From NCBI RefSeq assembly GCF_964355755.1, contig NC_092676.1:7541888-7605887 (forward strand): DNA of 64,000 bases, read 5' to 3'. Made by a program: the position numbers and the translations under genes. Below are positions 38,714 to 51,200 of this stretch, one piece after another. Within the stretch, counting starts at the first letter, position 1, and the number at the start of each line of letters is the position of its first letter. The notes beneath the pieces are model-generated. The model was not told the origin of the DNA. It was given only the letters and a program-made list of their open reading frames with translations, and made no database searches. The DNA is from Antedon mediterranea. Its lineage: Eukaryota > Animalia > Echinodermata.

Positions 38714-38769
<56 letters not shown>

Positions 38770-41700
38770 ATCAACGTTACTGTTCTTGGAATCAGAACAT
38801 TAAAATTTCTTTTCTGTTATCCACCTTTTTTCATAATTTTCTAGTATTTTGTTTTGTTCTATAATTCTCAACATCTAAAATTGTGAACACTTAACTAATA
38901 AATGTACAGTAGGAGATATATTTACTAATGTTGTATAGTTAATTTCGGTAGTATTTTTTGACATATAATTCATTTATACCCTATAAACAGATTATATAAA
39001 TTATTTTAAAATACGAATATAAAAAAAAAACAAAAACAAAAATATTAAAAATGCTTTTCTTACTCCTGTGTCTAGTTTTATGTCTCATGGTTATATTTGT
39101 TTGCTTATCTTCTCGTGCGTTACTTATGTTGCGTTACGTTTCTTTTTTGTTCTCAATATTAATTTATACAATTTTTTTTAAATTGATATTTCATATAAGA
39201 TAAAATGAAACTGCCTATGTGTATTATACAACATTATTATGTAATATATTTTAAATAATATTATATATAATTTTAATATAATAATAATATTTGCAATATT
39301 TTATATCGTAAATACAAATTGTAAGTAGTAGTTGTACCAAGGTGACATCGGGTATGAAGCGTCTCACATACGCACAGAGCCAAAATCGCATCTTGGACTT
39401 GCATAGTGTATGGACTCTAACCTTACGGTTTTCATTAAATATATCATTGCATGCTACCATTCTAAATATCTGACTTTCAAACTTTTGCATTCCTCTTTTT
39501 TCATTTCATCCTTTTTATCTTGGTGAAAAGGGAGGATACTACATTTTCCTCCCCTGAGTTTATAGCCTCTCTACTCGAACACAAATAAGATCACAAATAA
39601 AATAGTTTAACAAGAAAATTTTAATCGTGTATTTTACCGCCATTTTTCATTTTTACATCTAAAATTTTAAATGAAAACTAATATAGTTAATACTGAATTC
39701 AAGCATCTTATTATGTAAATATCCCTGTATTTTAACTACTTTAAACACTTACTTTTAATTGTCACAAATGTACTTATATGTATATAATATATTCACCAAT
39801 GAGAATTTAAATAAACGTGAGATGAACTCACACAAGACAACAAAAAAAGTATTGTGATTTAGTATCTCAATAATTAAAATATTATAATAACCACTTACAT
39901 AGTTGGTATGTTTTCCACATCAATAGTATCTATAAAAATAAAGTTGTAATCATGTTTAACTGCTGTGGAGTAGCTTTAAAAACAAAGATATTCAAATAAT
40001 CAACGAACGTATTCGTAAGACGTTTTGAATAACAGTTTCTGTAGCCAAACTGAAAAAGATGGTTACAACTGTTCGTAATAACAATAATTTTCACTGAAAC
40101 AATATTTAAAAGATGACAATGGATTTGTTGACTTATATTCAAGATATGAATTAGCACAATTATGGAACCCATATTATAAAGTTCTTACGTATAAGAAAAC
40201 AAATGTGCAAGTAGGCCTACCTTACAAAACAAATTCATGTTGCCTCATCTCCGGCCAATTGTCTCTTCATATTCCTCGGTAAATTGTCTTCAAACAGGCA
40301 TTCAAAGACTGTTTAATTTAATCAATTATGCCATATTGATGGGGAAATAGTATATGAATCAATGATACAACAAAAACTTAGGACAAATATTCTGTACGTG
40401 TTTTCTAATGCATCGATTAATTCAAGTGTTTTGTTTTTATTATCTCCCCCGTTCCTTTGGCAATTCGATACAAGGTCAAACTCATTATTATTTTAATTAA
40501 AGGAAATCAATAACGTAACCAAACGAAAAAAAATGATCGCCTTTTGTACCTTTTGAATAATACGATGATCCTTAAAGATGTATTGTTCTCCAAAAACATG
40601 AAAAATAAAGATTAATAAAATCAAACTTTGAATAGATTATTTTGTCATTTTAATAAAGTTAATCACTTCCGTAGAAACAGAAAGCGAAAAAATAATGTTT
40701 TCACTTATAAAATGACAAAATAAATGGTTAAATTCAACTAAAAATCCATTGGCTGGCAGCCAATTTGACTATTTTTTTTCCTTTAAATTACTGTTTTTCA
40801 GGTAAATACATTTTTTTCGATCTAGTTTTTGGTCAAATTGGATAAACTATTATGTGATATTAAAATGGCATATTCAACAGAAATTTTTTTAATAATTCTT
40901 TTTCAGGGGGACAATACATCTTTAAAACAATATTCAACAGTGAGAAATTTAGTAAAGAAAATTTAAATTTAAGAAAATTGAACGAAAACAACATATCTTT
41001 GGATAATCAATTAATGTCACATGACTATTAAGGTATGAAGATAAATTTAATAAGATTTTGAATAGGCCATTTTGTTATTTTAATCAAGTTAATCAATTCA
41101 GTGTTTTCACTTCTAAAATGACAAAACAAACGGTTAAATTCAACCAAAACCCATATTCTGGCAGCCAATTAGAATATTTTGAGTTTAAAGTTATTTAGGT
41201 AAATACTTTTTTTTAAATCCAATTTTTGGTAAAAGATTTTTACTTTACTACGCTAACGACAAAAATATTTACTGTTTATGGTCGTTAGCAATTCAAACTA
41301 TGTGTCTTTAGTCTATAGTTTGTTCAAAATTATGAAGTATTGTAGCCTCATAATTGATTTTTTTTTCTTCTTAGGCAATCAATCGTTTACCATGTGTAAT
41401 TAGGAAATTAACATTTTGAATCTGCATCGATTTTAATTGTTCTTTAATAGGCAAATTGTGATGCTTTTATTTTCCACTGATTACTATATCATAAATGGGC
41501 ATGCGCAGACGCACATAATGTGTTCTGCGCATGTTACCATAATATTGTATACATATTTTAAAATTTCGATGTTTGGCCATTTTTCGACCCTTTCATTCGT
41601 AACTGGTTACTATATCATAATTAGCATGTTACCTCAACATACATAGGCCTATTTTAAAATGTCGATTGTCCATTTTTCGAAAATATAGTACAGTGTAGGC

Positions 41701-41772
41701 CTACATGGATTTTTTCCAAAAAAATGGTCAAATCTCGAATCTCGACCCATTTATTTTTCGACGTAGGCCTAA

Positions 41773-43707
41773 TAGTCTAGGCAAAAAATGTGAAAAAAAT
41801 GAGTTAGGGGGAGTGGAATGTTAGAGGCTGTCAACATAGCCAGATATCCTAATTAAACCCTTCTGATCACTCTAAGCCCTGTTGACACTTAATTTTTTGC
41901 CTCGTCTTGAAATGGCGGCCATTTTTCAAAATGGCCGCCATTTTTTTATAAAATGTGGATAAAATCAGATCTAAATAAGGTAGATACACAATCTTGGTGT
42001 CTAAACACATGTACTTCAGACACGGAATCCATTAGGCCTTGTTGACACTTCAGTTTTTGCCTCTTATTAAAATGGCAGCCATTTTTCAAAATGGCCGCCA
42101 TTTTTATATAAAATGTGCATAAAATCAGATCTAAATAAGGTAGATACACAATCTTGGTGTCTAAACACATGTACTTCAGACATGGAATCCATTAGGCCTT
42201 GTTGACACTTTAGTTTTTGCCTCGTATTAAAATGGCAGCCATTTTTCAAAATGGCCGCCATTTTTATATAAAATGTGGATAAAATCAGATCTAAATAAGG
42301 TAGATACACAATCTTGGTGTCTAAACACATGTACTTCAGACACGGAATCCATTAGGCCTTGTTGACACTTCAGATTTTGCCTCGTATTTTATAGAAATGT
42401 GCATAAAATCGGATCTAAATAAGGTATATGCCCGATCTTGGTGTCTAAACACATGTTTTTTTCAGGCAAGGAATCCATTAAATCTATAATAAATAAATTT
42501 AAATAGTTTAATTAATTAATTTTTAAAGTTAAGTGCACAGTAGCTAACATTTTTCAAAATGGTTACCTAATTTATCTGTTCATGAAATCGAAAATCTGGA
42601 ATTTGTTTTACAAATTGGTAAAGGTTTAGTTTGTATAGAGCCATGACTAGGATTTTAAAGCCTCAGCTTTTGTTGAATTCATTTGCATGTAACTTCACAG
42701 ATGTTTCATCTTGACTGTGTAGGCCCTCCTATTAGGCCTACATAAACTAATATTATTTACCTCCGCTAAGGAGATATATATGTAGTCTATCGCGTACCCA
42801 AATCAGCTGGATTTGAACTATGTCAAGCTAATATCTAAAGCAAAAAAATGTATCATTCAACATACTCCCTATCAGTGGATATATTTTGCCAAGTACTTCA
42901 CTCAGTTTCTGAGTGCTTTCATTTGTTTGTCTGTTTGTTAGCAGGATTACTCAAAAAGTTATTGCAAGATCTTTACCAAAATTAGGGTTAGATAGATATG
43001 TGGTCAAGTTCCACTCCTTTACATTTTAGAGGCAATCCGGACCACGGTCCCAATTTTGGACCACTTTTTAGTATTATTTTCAGACCTGCTATTTTTAAGA
43101 GATAGGAGAGAATTTTCAAAAGCCGGCGAGCAGTCTTAAAGTAAAGTAAACTGAATCTGCATTTTCTCGAGAACTACTTGTCCAAAAAACTTTTTTAGAT
43201 CTGATTTTATGCATATTTTATATAAAAATGGCGGCCATTTTAAAAAATGGCTGCCATTTTAATACGAGGCAAAAACTGAAGTGTCAACAAGGCCTAATGG
43301 ATTCCGTGTCTGAAGTACATGTGTTTAGACACCAAGATTGTGTATCTACCTTGTTTAGAACTGATTTTATGCACATTTTATATAAAATTGGCGGCCATTT
43401 TGAAAAATGGCCGCCATTTCAATACTAGGCAAAAATTGAAGTTTGAACAAGGCCTAATGAATTCCGTGTCTGAAGTACATGTGTTTAGACACCAAGATCG
43501 TGCATCTATCTTATTTAGATCCGATTTTATGCACATTTTATATAAAATTGGCGGCCATTTCAAGACGAGGCAAAAAATTAAGTGTCAACAGGGCCTAGAG
43601 TGATCAGAAGGGATTAATTAGGATATCTGGCTATGTTGACAGCCTCTAACATTCCACTCCCCCTAAATTGATTTCTAAGCATCTTTTCAGATTTTTGTCC
43701 TAGACTA
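41773..43707. mobile_element. Foldback-type non-autonomous element (Academ-like) with long modular TIRs
   Basis: Termini TAGTCTAGG…CCTAGACTA with a 3-bp TSD TAA (41770-41772, 43708-43710). The arms contain ~178-bp tandem units (AAAATGGCGGCCATTTT…GTGTCTAAACACATGTACTTCAGACAC) in opposite orientations. Confidence 0.8.
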
Positions 43708-45275
43708 TAACTGGTTACTAAATCATAAACTTGCATGCGCAGACGCACTTAATGTGTTCTGCGCATGTTACCATAATATTATATACACATTTTAAAATGT
43801 TGTTATTTGTACTATACAGGAATTTTTCAAAAAATTTACAAATTTCGACCCTTATACTTTTCGACGTAACTAGTTACTATATCACAAATTGGCATACTCA
43901 GACGCAAAATAATGTGTTCTGAGCATGTTACAATAATATTATACTTCTATATACTGTAGCTGAAATAAACTTTGATGCCAGGTTTTATTATACTGTACAA
44001 TCTACTATTGCATTTTTTATTCAACAAAAAAATATTTAAAAAATCGTGAATACAATTTTACATTTTGTATTTTCCATTATTATTGTTATATTATAATATA
44101 CTTATAATATTAATATAAACACAACAGGCATAGAAATAAATTCCAAACCGAAAATTATTTAATTAATTTTTGAAACGATAAAGATGAGGAAATCTGTGAG
44201 AATGAGAAAAAGTCGCCCCAACCGAAGCTCGAACTCGGACCGTCTGCTTGATATGCAGTTGCCCTAACCATTAGACCACAGGGGCTTTCATGGTATTGCT
44301 CTTTAACTCGATTGGATAACGACCCTTTAACATTCTCGGCGTGGTACGGTTGGAACACAACTAGTCCTCAGTTGTACGCACGCGCACCAGAGATCAAATT
44401 GATACGCCCTCATCTATAATTCAGTATATTTATTCACTAAGCGGGATTTCGAGAGATACTTTTATATATATATATATAAACACAACAGGCATAGAAATAA
44501 ATTCCAAACCGCTCGTTGGTACAATGAAAATTATTTATATTTTATTAATATAAATATATAATATTAATAATACACATTATATAACACCTTAGTAGATTTC
44601 TGGCATTTGATTGGACGATCATGGGTCGCATGGCGTTCAATAGTACGCATCATTGAACGGTCGTTTAATAGTACTTTTTAGGGAAAAAAATCGCGTTTGG
44701 AAAATATTTTTGTTTATTAGTCACTGGTTGATAAACAGTGTCTTAGGCTGCTTTTGTGCTTTCTTTTGGCATCTCGTGACTATGATTTTATATTTTCTTC
44801 TTGCGTCATATTTGTTTAATTTGTTGATTTGTATTATATTTGTATTGTATCCTTTGCCTGAATAAATAATAATACTATTGCTTTTGACATACAACAGAAG
44901 ATGTGTGATAACTAGTATCACGACAGAAGTACATTTTTGGAGAGATACATGTACTAATTTAGACCAAAAAAGCATTTTTTGATTAGTAATCGATCGTTTT
45001 TATTATGTTGATTATTTAATGGGAACTTCTCTACAATATGTGGAATTGTTTGAAAAAAAATGAAGTACAACTACATTTTTGTACTGTTTCCTCGTTCAAC
45101 TCATGCCATTATTTGTACCATACACACACCAACATTCATTATTTACATATTCATTTTATTTATATTCATATCTTATTTTTTCTATAGATCTATATATTAA
45201 TACAGGGTCATTGACCAACATTTTGAAAATACAGAATAAATCCACATTACCATTAAATCCTTTTTTTTTTTTTTA

Positions 45276-48200
45276 TTATTTTCCAAAACAAGCATCGTCA
45301 CTGTCATAATCATCACTTTCTTTATCACTTTTATTTAGATAATCTTTTTCTGAATCGAATGGTATTGAATTTTTCTTATCACTAAGTTCTTCTGATGAAA
45401 CCCTTTCCTCATCATTCGATTCCTCAGATTCGGTTTCTGATTGATTCTCCACTAAGAAAGATAAATATTACATTTAAAATAAAAAAAATAAAAATAATAC
45501 GGTAATTTAAAATATTGTTGAAACAACGCAGACACAAACCAACCCTTTGATCTCCGGAGCTCAACATCCTGTAGTTGAACGATTTCTCTTTTATCGTGCT
45601 AGGATCATGATAATTAAGTCACGACAATCTATATAAACGAGCCTACACCTATTTGCTCAAAATCATTCTCATATAAAGACTCATTGAGTATTGTAATTAT
45701 TTATTTATCATGACTTGATATTCAGGAAGAGGAATAATTATAACGGTTTATTAAGCATATTCCCACAATAATTGTCTTGGTTCCTGTGGGACGCCGAAGC
45801 GCTCAATTTCTTTAATCAATCACAAGTGGCGGATCTCAATAGAGTAAAAATAAGATAGAAAATTAGCTTCCAAGCCAAAAAAAAAAAAAACTTGTTTTGC
45901 CTACCGGTATCTAATTCTGTAGTAGATTCTCCATGCAAATCAATGCAACTTACATCATCTATTGAAAAAACAATATAAATACGTATGAAAAGATGATTAT
46001 TTATATAATGAATGAGAACGCCCTAACCGAGATTCAAACCCGGAAGGTTCTGCTTGATATGCAAATGGCCATTAGACCACTTGGACTTTCATGGTATTGT
46101 TCGAACCCGATTAGATAACACTCTCGGCGTGGTACAGCGGAACAGCGCTAGTCCTTCAATTGTACGCACGCGCACAAGAGATCAAATTGATACGCCTTCA
46201 TCTAATCAGTTTTTATTCACGAAGCGGGATCTCCGAAGAGATACTTTATTACCATATAAACACAACAGGCAAAGAACACCCGGTAATATACTGAAAATTG
46301 ATGAATTAATTTGAAGCGATAAGATAATTAAATCTGTGAGAATGAGAAAGAAAAAAAGTCGCCCCAATCGAGATTCGAACCATTAAACTTTCATGGTATT
46401 GTTGAAACACGATTGGATAGCCAATATTTAACACTCTCGGCGTGGTACAGCGAAAAACTATTATAACACACAAAAAACACTTTGTTGACTTGTTTAGCAT
46501 TTCAATAAATTGCTTGTGACTTTAATATGATATTTATAAATGATTAATCACAATAAAACTCCACAATTTCAATACAATTTAAAACTGTTTCCATTTCATT
46601 AGTTAGTTTCATTAATTGAACAAACAGTGTATACAAACCAATCGTCGTATCTAGCGATAATTCACTTTCCTGTGAGTAGAAAAAAAAAAGAGTTATTAGA
46701 ATAAGCATTTTAATAAAGAATTCCTAAATGTCTGAGAGAGTTGGGGAAAATAGAGAGATTTAACTGGACAGTTATCATGGATATGACAATTACAAATACA
46801 GTAGTGCTCCGAATCTCTGCCTCATCACTAATAGTAAAAACTTCTACTTACAATTTTGGTGTCACGTGCTAATGTTTGAGAGGACAATGACGGATTGATT
46901 CTTCGAACTTGGTGCATCTATAAATCAAAACATGAAATCGACTTTAATATGAAATTATGTAAATTTGAAATCACTAGACTTGTTTTTTCGCAAACATTCT
47001 CAGTGTACTTATAAATATATAAAGTGAAAATTACGTCAGAGTAGGGCAAAACAACTGACCAATTACTCCTGAAGCAAAACTACTTTACTTTAGTTACAAA
47101 AATGTATAATCTGAGGATGTTTATGTTTTAATACCTGTTGTAAACATACCTCGTAAGAACAGTAGCAATAGATGGCGACAATGATACCATTAGAAGCAAA
47201 AAGTAAACTGAATAATAGCCAGAATACGTATTCGTTATCCACCATTAGTGAAAACATCCAAGTACAGATAAGGAAAGGGAAAAGAAAACAACTGCATTTC
47301 AAACAGCGTCTACAGTACGGTAGAATAAAAGTAAATATCCGTTATTAATCCTCAATTAAACCCTGTAATAATAATAATAATAATAAGATTTTTATAGCGC
47401 ACATACCACTCCAGAGTGCTCAAGGCGCATTTAAAAATAAAAAAGAAATAAATCATACAAATTCTGGCAAATAAAATGCAATTTCTTTGGAGGGTCCCCA
47501 TCCGTTGTCATTCTGTCGCGGTCCCGGACCCCTACCTAGGTGACCAAACAAAGGAGCAGGATACACATTTGCCTTGCCACAGACGACCGGGTGCTCAGAG
47601 ACAACAACCAAGACAGAGGCACCCCAAAGAGAATGCTGGCCAGGAAAAGGTATACAAAACAATTCTAAGTCTAAACAACTTTAAGAAACCTCATGATTTC
47701 CATATGCCTTAATGAATAAATGTGTTTTTAATAATTTTTTAAAAGTATCAACAGTTTTGCAAAATCTTATAGAGCTCGGTAGAGCATTCCACAGACGAGG
47801 AGCAGTAACGGAGAATGCTGTCTACAATATCAAACTTCATGTGAAAAAAATTGATCTGCCCATATATGGACACGATGACATCATTCACTACCCACATTTT
47901 GGAAGTATCAGAATACATTGTTGTTATAATATATACTATAGAAATGATTCAAATATGTCACTTTTACCATACCGGGTTTACTTACCGTATTTGGGCTGCA
48001 ATATACTCTTTTCGTTTCATTTCATTGAATTTCGTTCGAAATATTATGATGATTAGAATCATCCTAATCTGTAATAAAGAAAAGAAATCAGAACACATCC
48101 CATATCTTCTTGTTTAGATCACAGGGTCTACATAGGTTATATGCTGTACCGTTGTAACTAACAGTTGTAAGCATAATATCATAGCAAAGACAAAAGAATG

Positions 48201-51200
48201 ATTTCTTACAAGAATCAGGGTCATTACTGGGAATATGAACGCAACTAAACTGCCAGTCTCAAATTTCAGCCAACATCTGAAATAAGTGATAAACATTGTG
48301 ATTATCTACTATGATGTAAAGAGGTGAGTTATTACAGTTATTACAGACATCACTTTATTTTATTTATTTTATTTTATTAAATTGAAACCAACAGCCGTAG
48401 CCTAATTACCGCCATTAACAGGTTTGATATTGCTAATTACAATTTTGAATTCAGTTTTTTCAGACTTTTAAATTTAGTCAACGTTAATTACATGAGATCA
48501 ATATATTAACAACGATATCTATCTATATTATTATCATTAATTTGCTTACCCACTTATTTCGTTATAACCATAGTGAATACCAAAGAATAAGCCTGATGTA
48601 CATGCGGCGCCTCCCCATCCGCAAAGTAGATACCCCGGTCTCTTGGATACAGTTAAGCCTTTTATTCGTGCTTTTGTTTTTAGCATGTAGAAGTATATGC
48701 ATTCAACAATCAACCACGTAAGGATGGACATGTAGAAAAAGTGTATTAGAACACCAAACGTGGTGCACAAAATCTATAGCAATAAACAGAAATAAACAGA
48801 GTTAGACCTAGTCATAATCAATGTTACTTTGTAATACTTATTTAGGAGATGGGATCAAAATGTTTTCTTATACGTACGCTGTAGTCCATTGTCTCTGAAC
48901 TGATGATAAATGTTACCGTTAACAACAATCCAGCAATTAACAAGTTACAATATATAAGGATTGACACAGGTCCCTTAAAAATGCCCCTGTAAATAAAAAG
49001 TAGACACAGTAGAGAATGGATCAATAATAAATATTCTTCAATCAAAAAACATGATTAATGTTAATGAATCTCACTACGGAAAAAATGTCTTACCAAGTAA
49101 AATGAATAAATTTCAAAACGTATATACTCGCGATTATTGAGATAAGACAGAGTAGATAAATGCCCATACGTTCTCCTAAGCGTTTAAAATCAAAATCCTA
49201 CAAAGAAAAACAGTTTTGATATTAAATAAAATAGTGATAATACCAGGAAAGAATGAACTTGCATTCACTCTTCACTGATAATACATTATATTATTGGTAA
49301 CTCTTAAATATTCATATTTTTTATTTTTCTTGAAAGTACGTGGATATATTATGCAACTCAGAGGTTAGGCAAAAAACTTAGACTTAGCAAAAGACGGCGT
49401 GCTACTTGATATTTCAGCCAATATTGAAGATATAATTAGCTCGAGATTTGGGTAAGTTTTTGTGACATTACCAAACCAATCGAATTTCCTGAAAATTAAT
49501 AGGCATGGTCTATGTGTAGTTGTAAAAACACTTCAAAAAGATAATTGGAAATTGTTGACGTTTGTGCAAATAAACATACAAACAAACAAAGTAAATATAT
49601 GAAAAAGACAAAATAATCCAATGTAACGTACGCTATATTTTTCAGTTGGTACAAATATACCGAACGTGGTGGTGTGGTCACAATGGCATTCAACTGGTGA
49701 CATTATCTCAATGACATCAGTGCGCCTACATCCCGATGTAGACCATTTACTAAAATAAAACAAACATTGAAGATGTAAGTAATTGTGTCTTCAAAGATGC
49801 CTTCATATGCACTGCACTTTTAGGCGTATGAGCAGAAAATAAATATATATGGACTGTATGGCAGACAATCATACCTTCTGTCTTCATCCCAAAAGCTGCA
49901 TACAGCATGCTCCTTGTTGTATAGTTCGTATTCATTTATTTTCTGAGAATGATAAACGTAAACACTTCAACATCATCGTCATGATCAATGGAAAATTATG
50001 ATTAATTCTACACACAAGACAATATTTTGTTTAAGCGTCTCCGCGTTAACATACAGGAGAACCTTGGGGACCCATAAGTGTTCCTTTTTCTGATAAAATA
50101 GGCTCAAGTTAAAATATATGCAAGCCTAATTCAATTAACTAAAGATAATTGTATTTTATTTGTTGCTTTATCCAGAAGTTATCCAGATGGCACTAAAATG
50201 CACCACAGCGTTAATATTTTGAGTAGAAGATTTTTAATTCTTTAAAAGACACATGTTATTAAGTATTGAAATTGGGGTTTTTCTTTTCAGATATGTACAT
50301 TGCAATGGCCTTGTTACATACTGTGTATAATTCCATAGAATAGTCAACAGCTACTGAGTATTTTGATGTGTTTAATGCTACCGTGCACGTGATCAGGCCA
50401 GTGGCCAGCTCATACGGAACAGGTACGATGTATTCACTGTTGCAAAGAAGAAAAAGGATTATTTATATCCATAGAAATTTCGTTAATTAAAAGTCTAGCT
50501 ATTTTTTACTTGTTGATTAGTTTGTTCAGTTCAATGGGATATCATATCTTTCTGTAAGTTGGCACATTATTACCGTATTTTTTTATAGATATAAGTTAAT
50601 GTCAAACATATTCATTCCTAAAGAATGTACAGTATTTATTTTAATTTTAAAATACATGATATTAATTACGTACGCTTCATTTTCGTCAAAAGTCACCGAT
50701 GATTTTTCATTCCCGTCACTTTCTTCAAACACTGTTTGGTCGTAATATGATACTACCATATATGCCGTTTCTGAAGGAAAGAATATTAGAGACTGTTCAT
50801 TTTCCTATCGAGTCGAAAAGTCATTAGTCATGCATGGAAACATGCGAAGAGTGACTATTATGGAAACAATAGTTAATAATAAATGGAGAGGAAGTCCGCA
50901 TAGAAAATGAAAAAGAGTTGAAGGCGGTAACATCATCACGTAATCTGCGTTCTAGTGATACGCTGCTTCTACATTAGCCTAGTCTCACCGCTCATGGGGA
51001 GACAGAACTTTTTTCCGTTACTGCTCCTCGTCTATGGAATGCTCTACCGCGCTCTATAAGATTTTGCAAAACGGTTGTTTCTTAAATGTTTTATACTTAA
51101 AATTGTATAGTGTACTTTTTCCGGGCCAGCTTTATCTTTGGGGTGCCTCTGTCTTGGTTGTTGTCACTGAGCACCCGGTCGTCTGTGGGAAGGTAAATGT

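Larger units (their letters stand above)
38116..38716 (+). repeat. Tandem 364-bp tRNA-bearing repeat bounded by (TA)n
   Basis: 38116-38360 is repeated essentially identically at 38480-38720. Diverged minus-strand copies at ~44115-44460, ~46015-46450 and ~57560-57737. Confidence 0.85.

Noticed and set aside
41946-43603. Repeated MCLDTKIVYLP… ORFs
   Set aside because: Translations of the 178-bp units in the foldback arms, with no transposase motifs.
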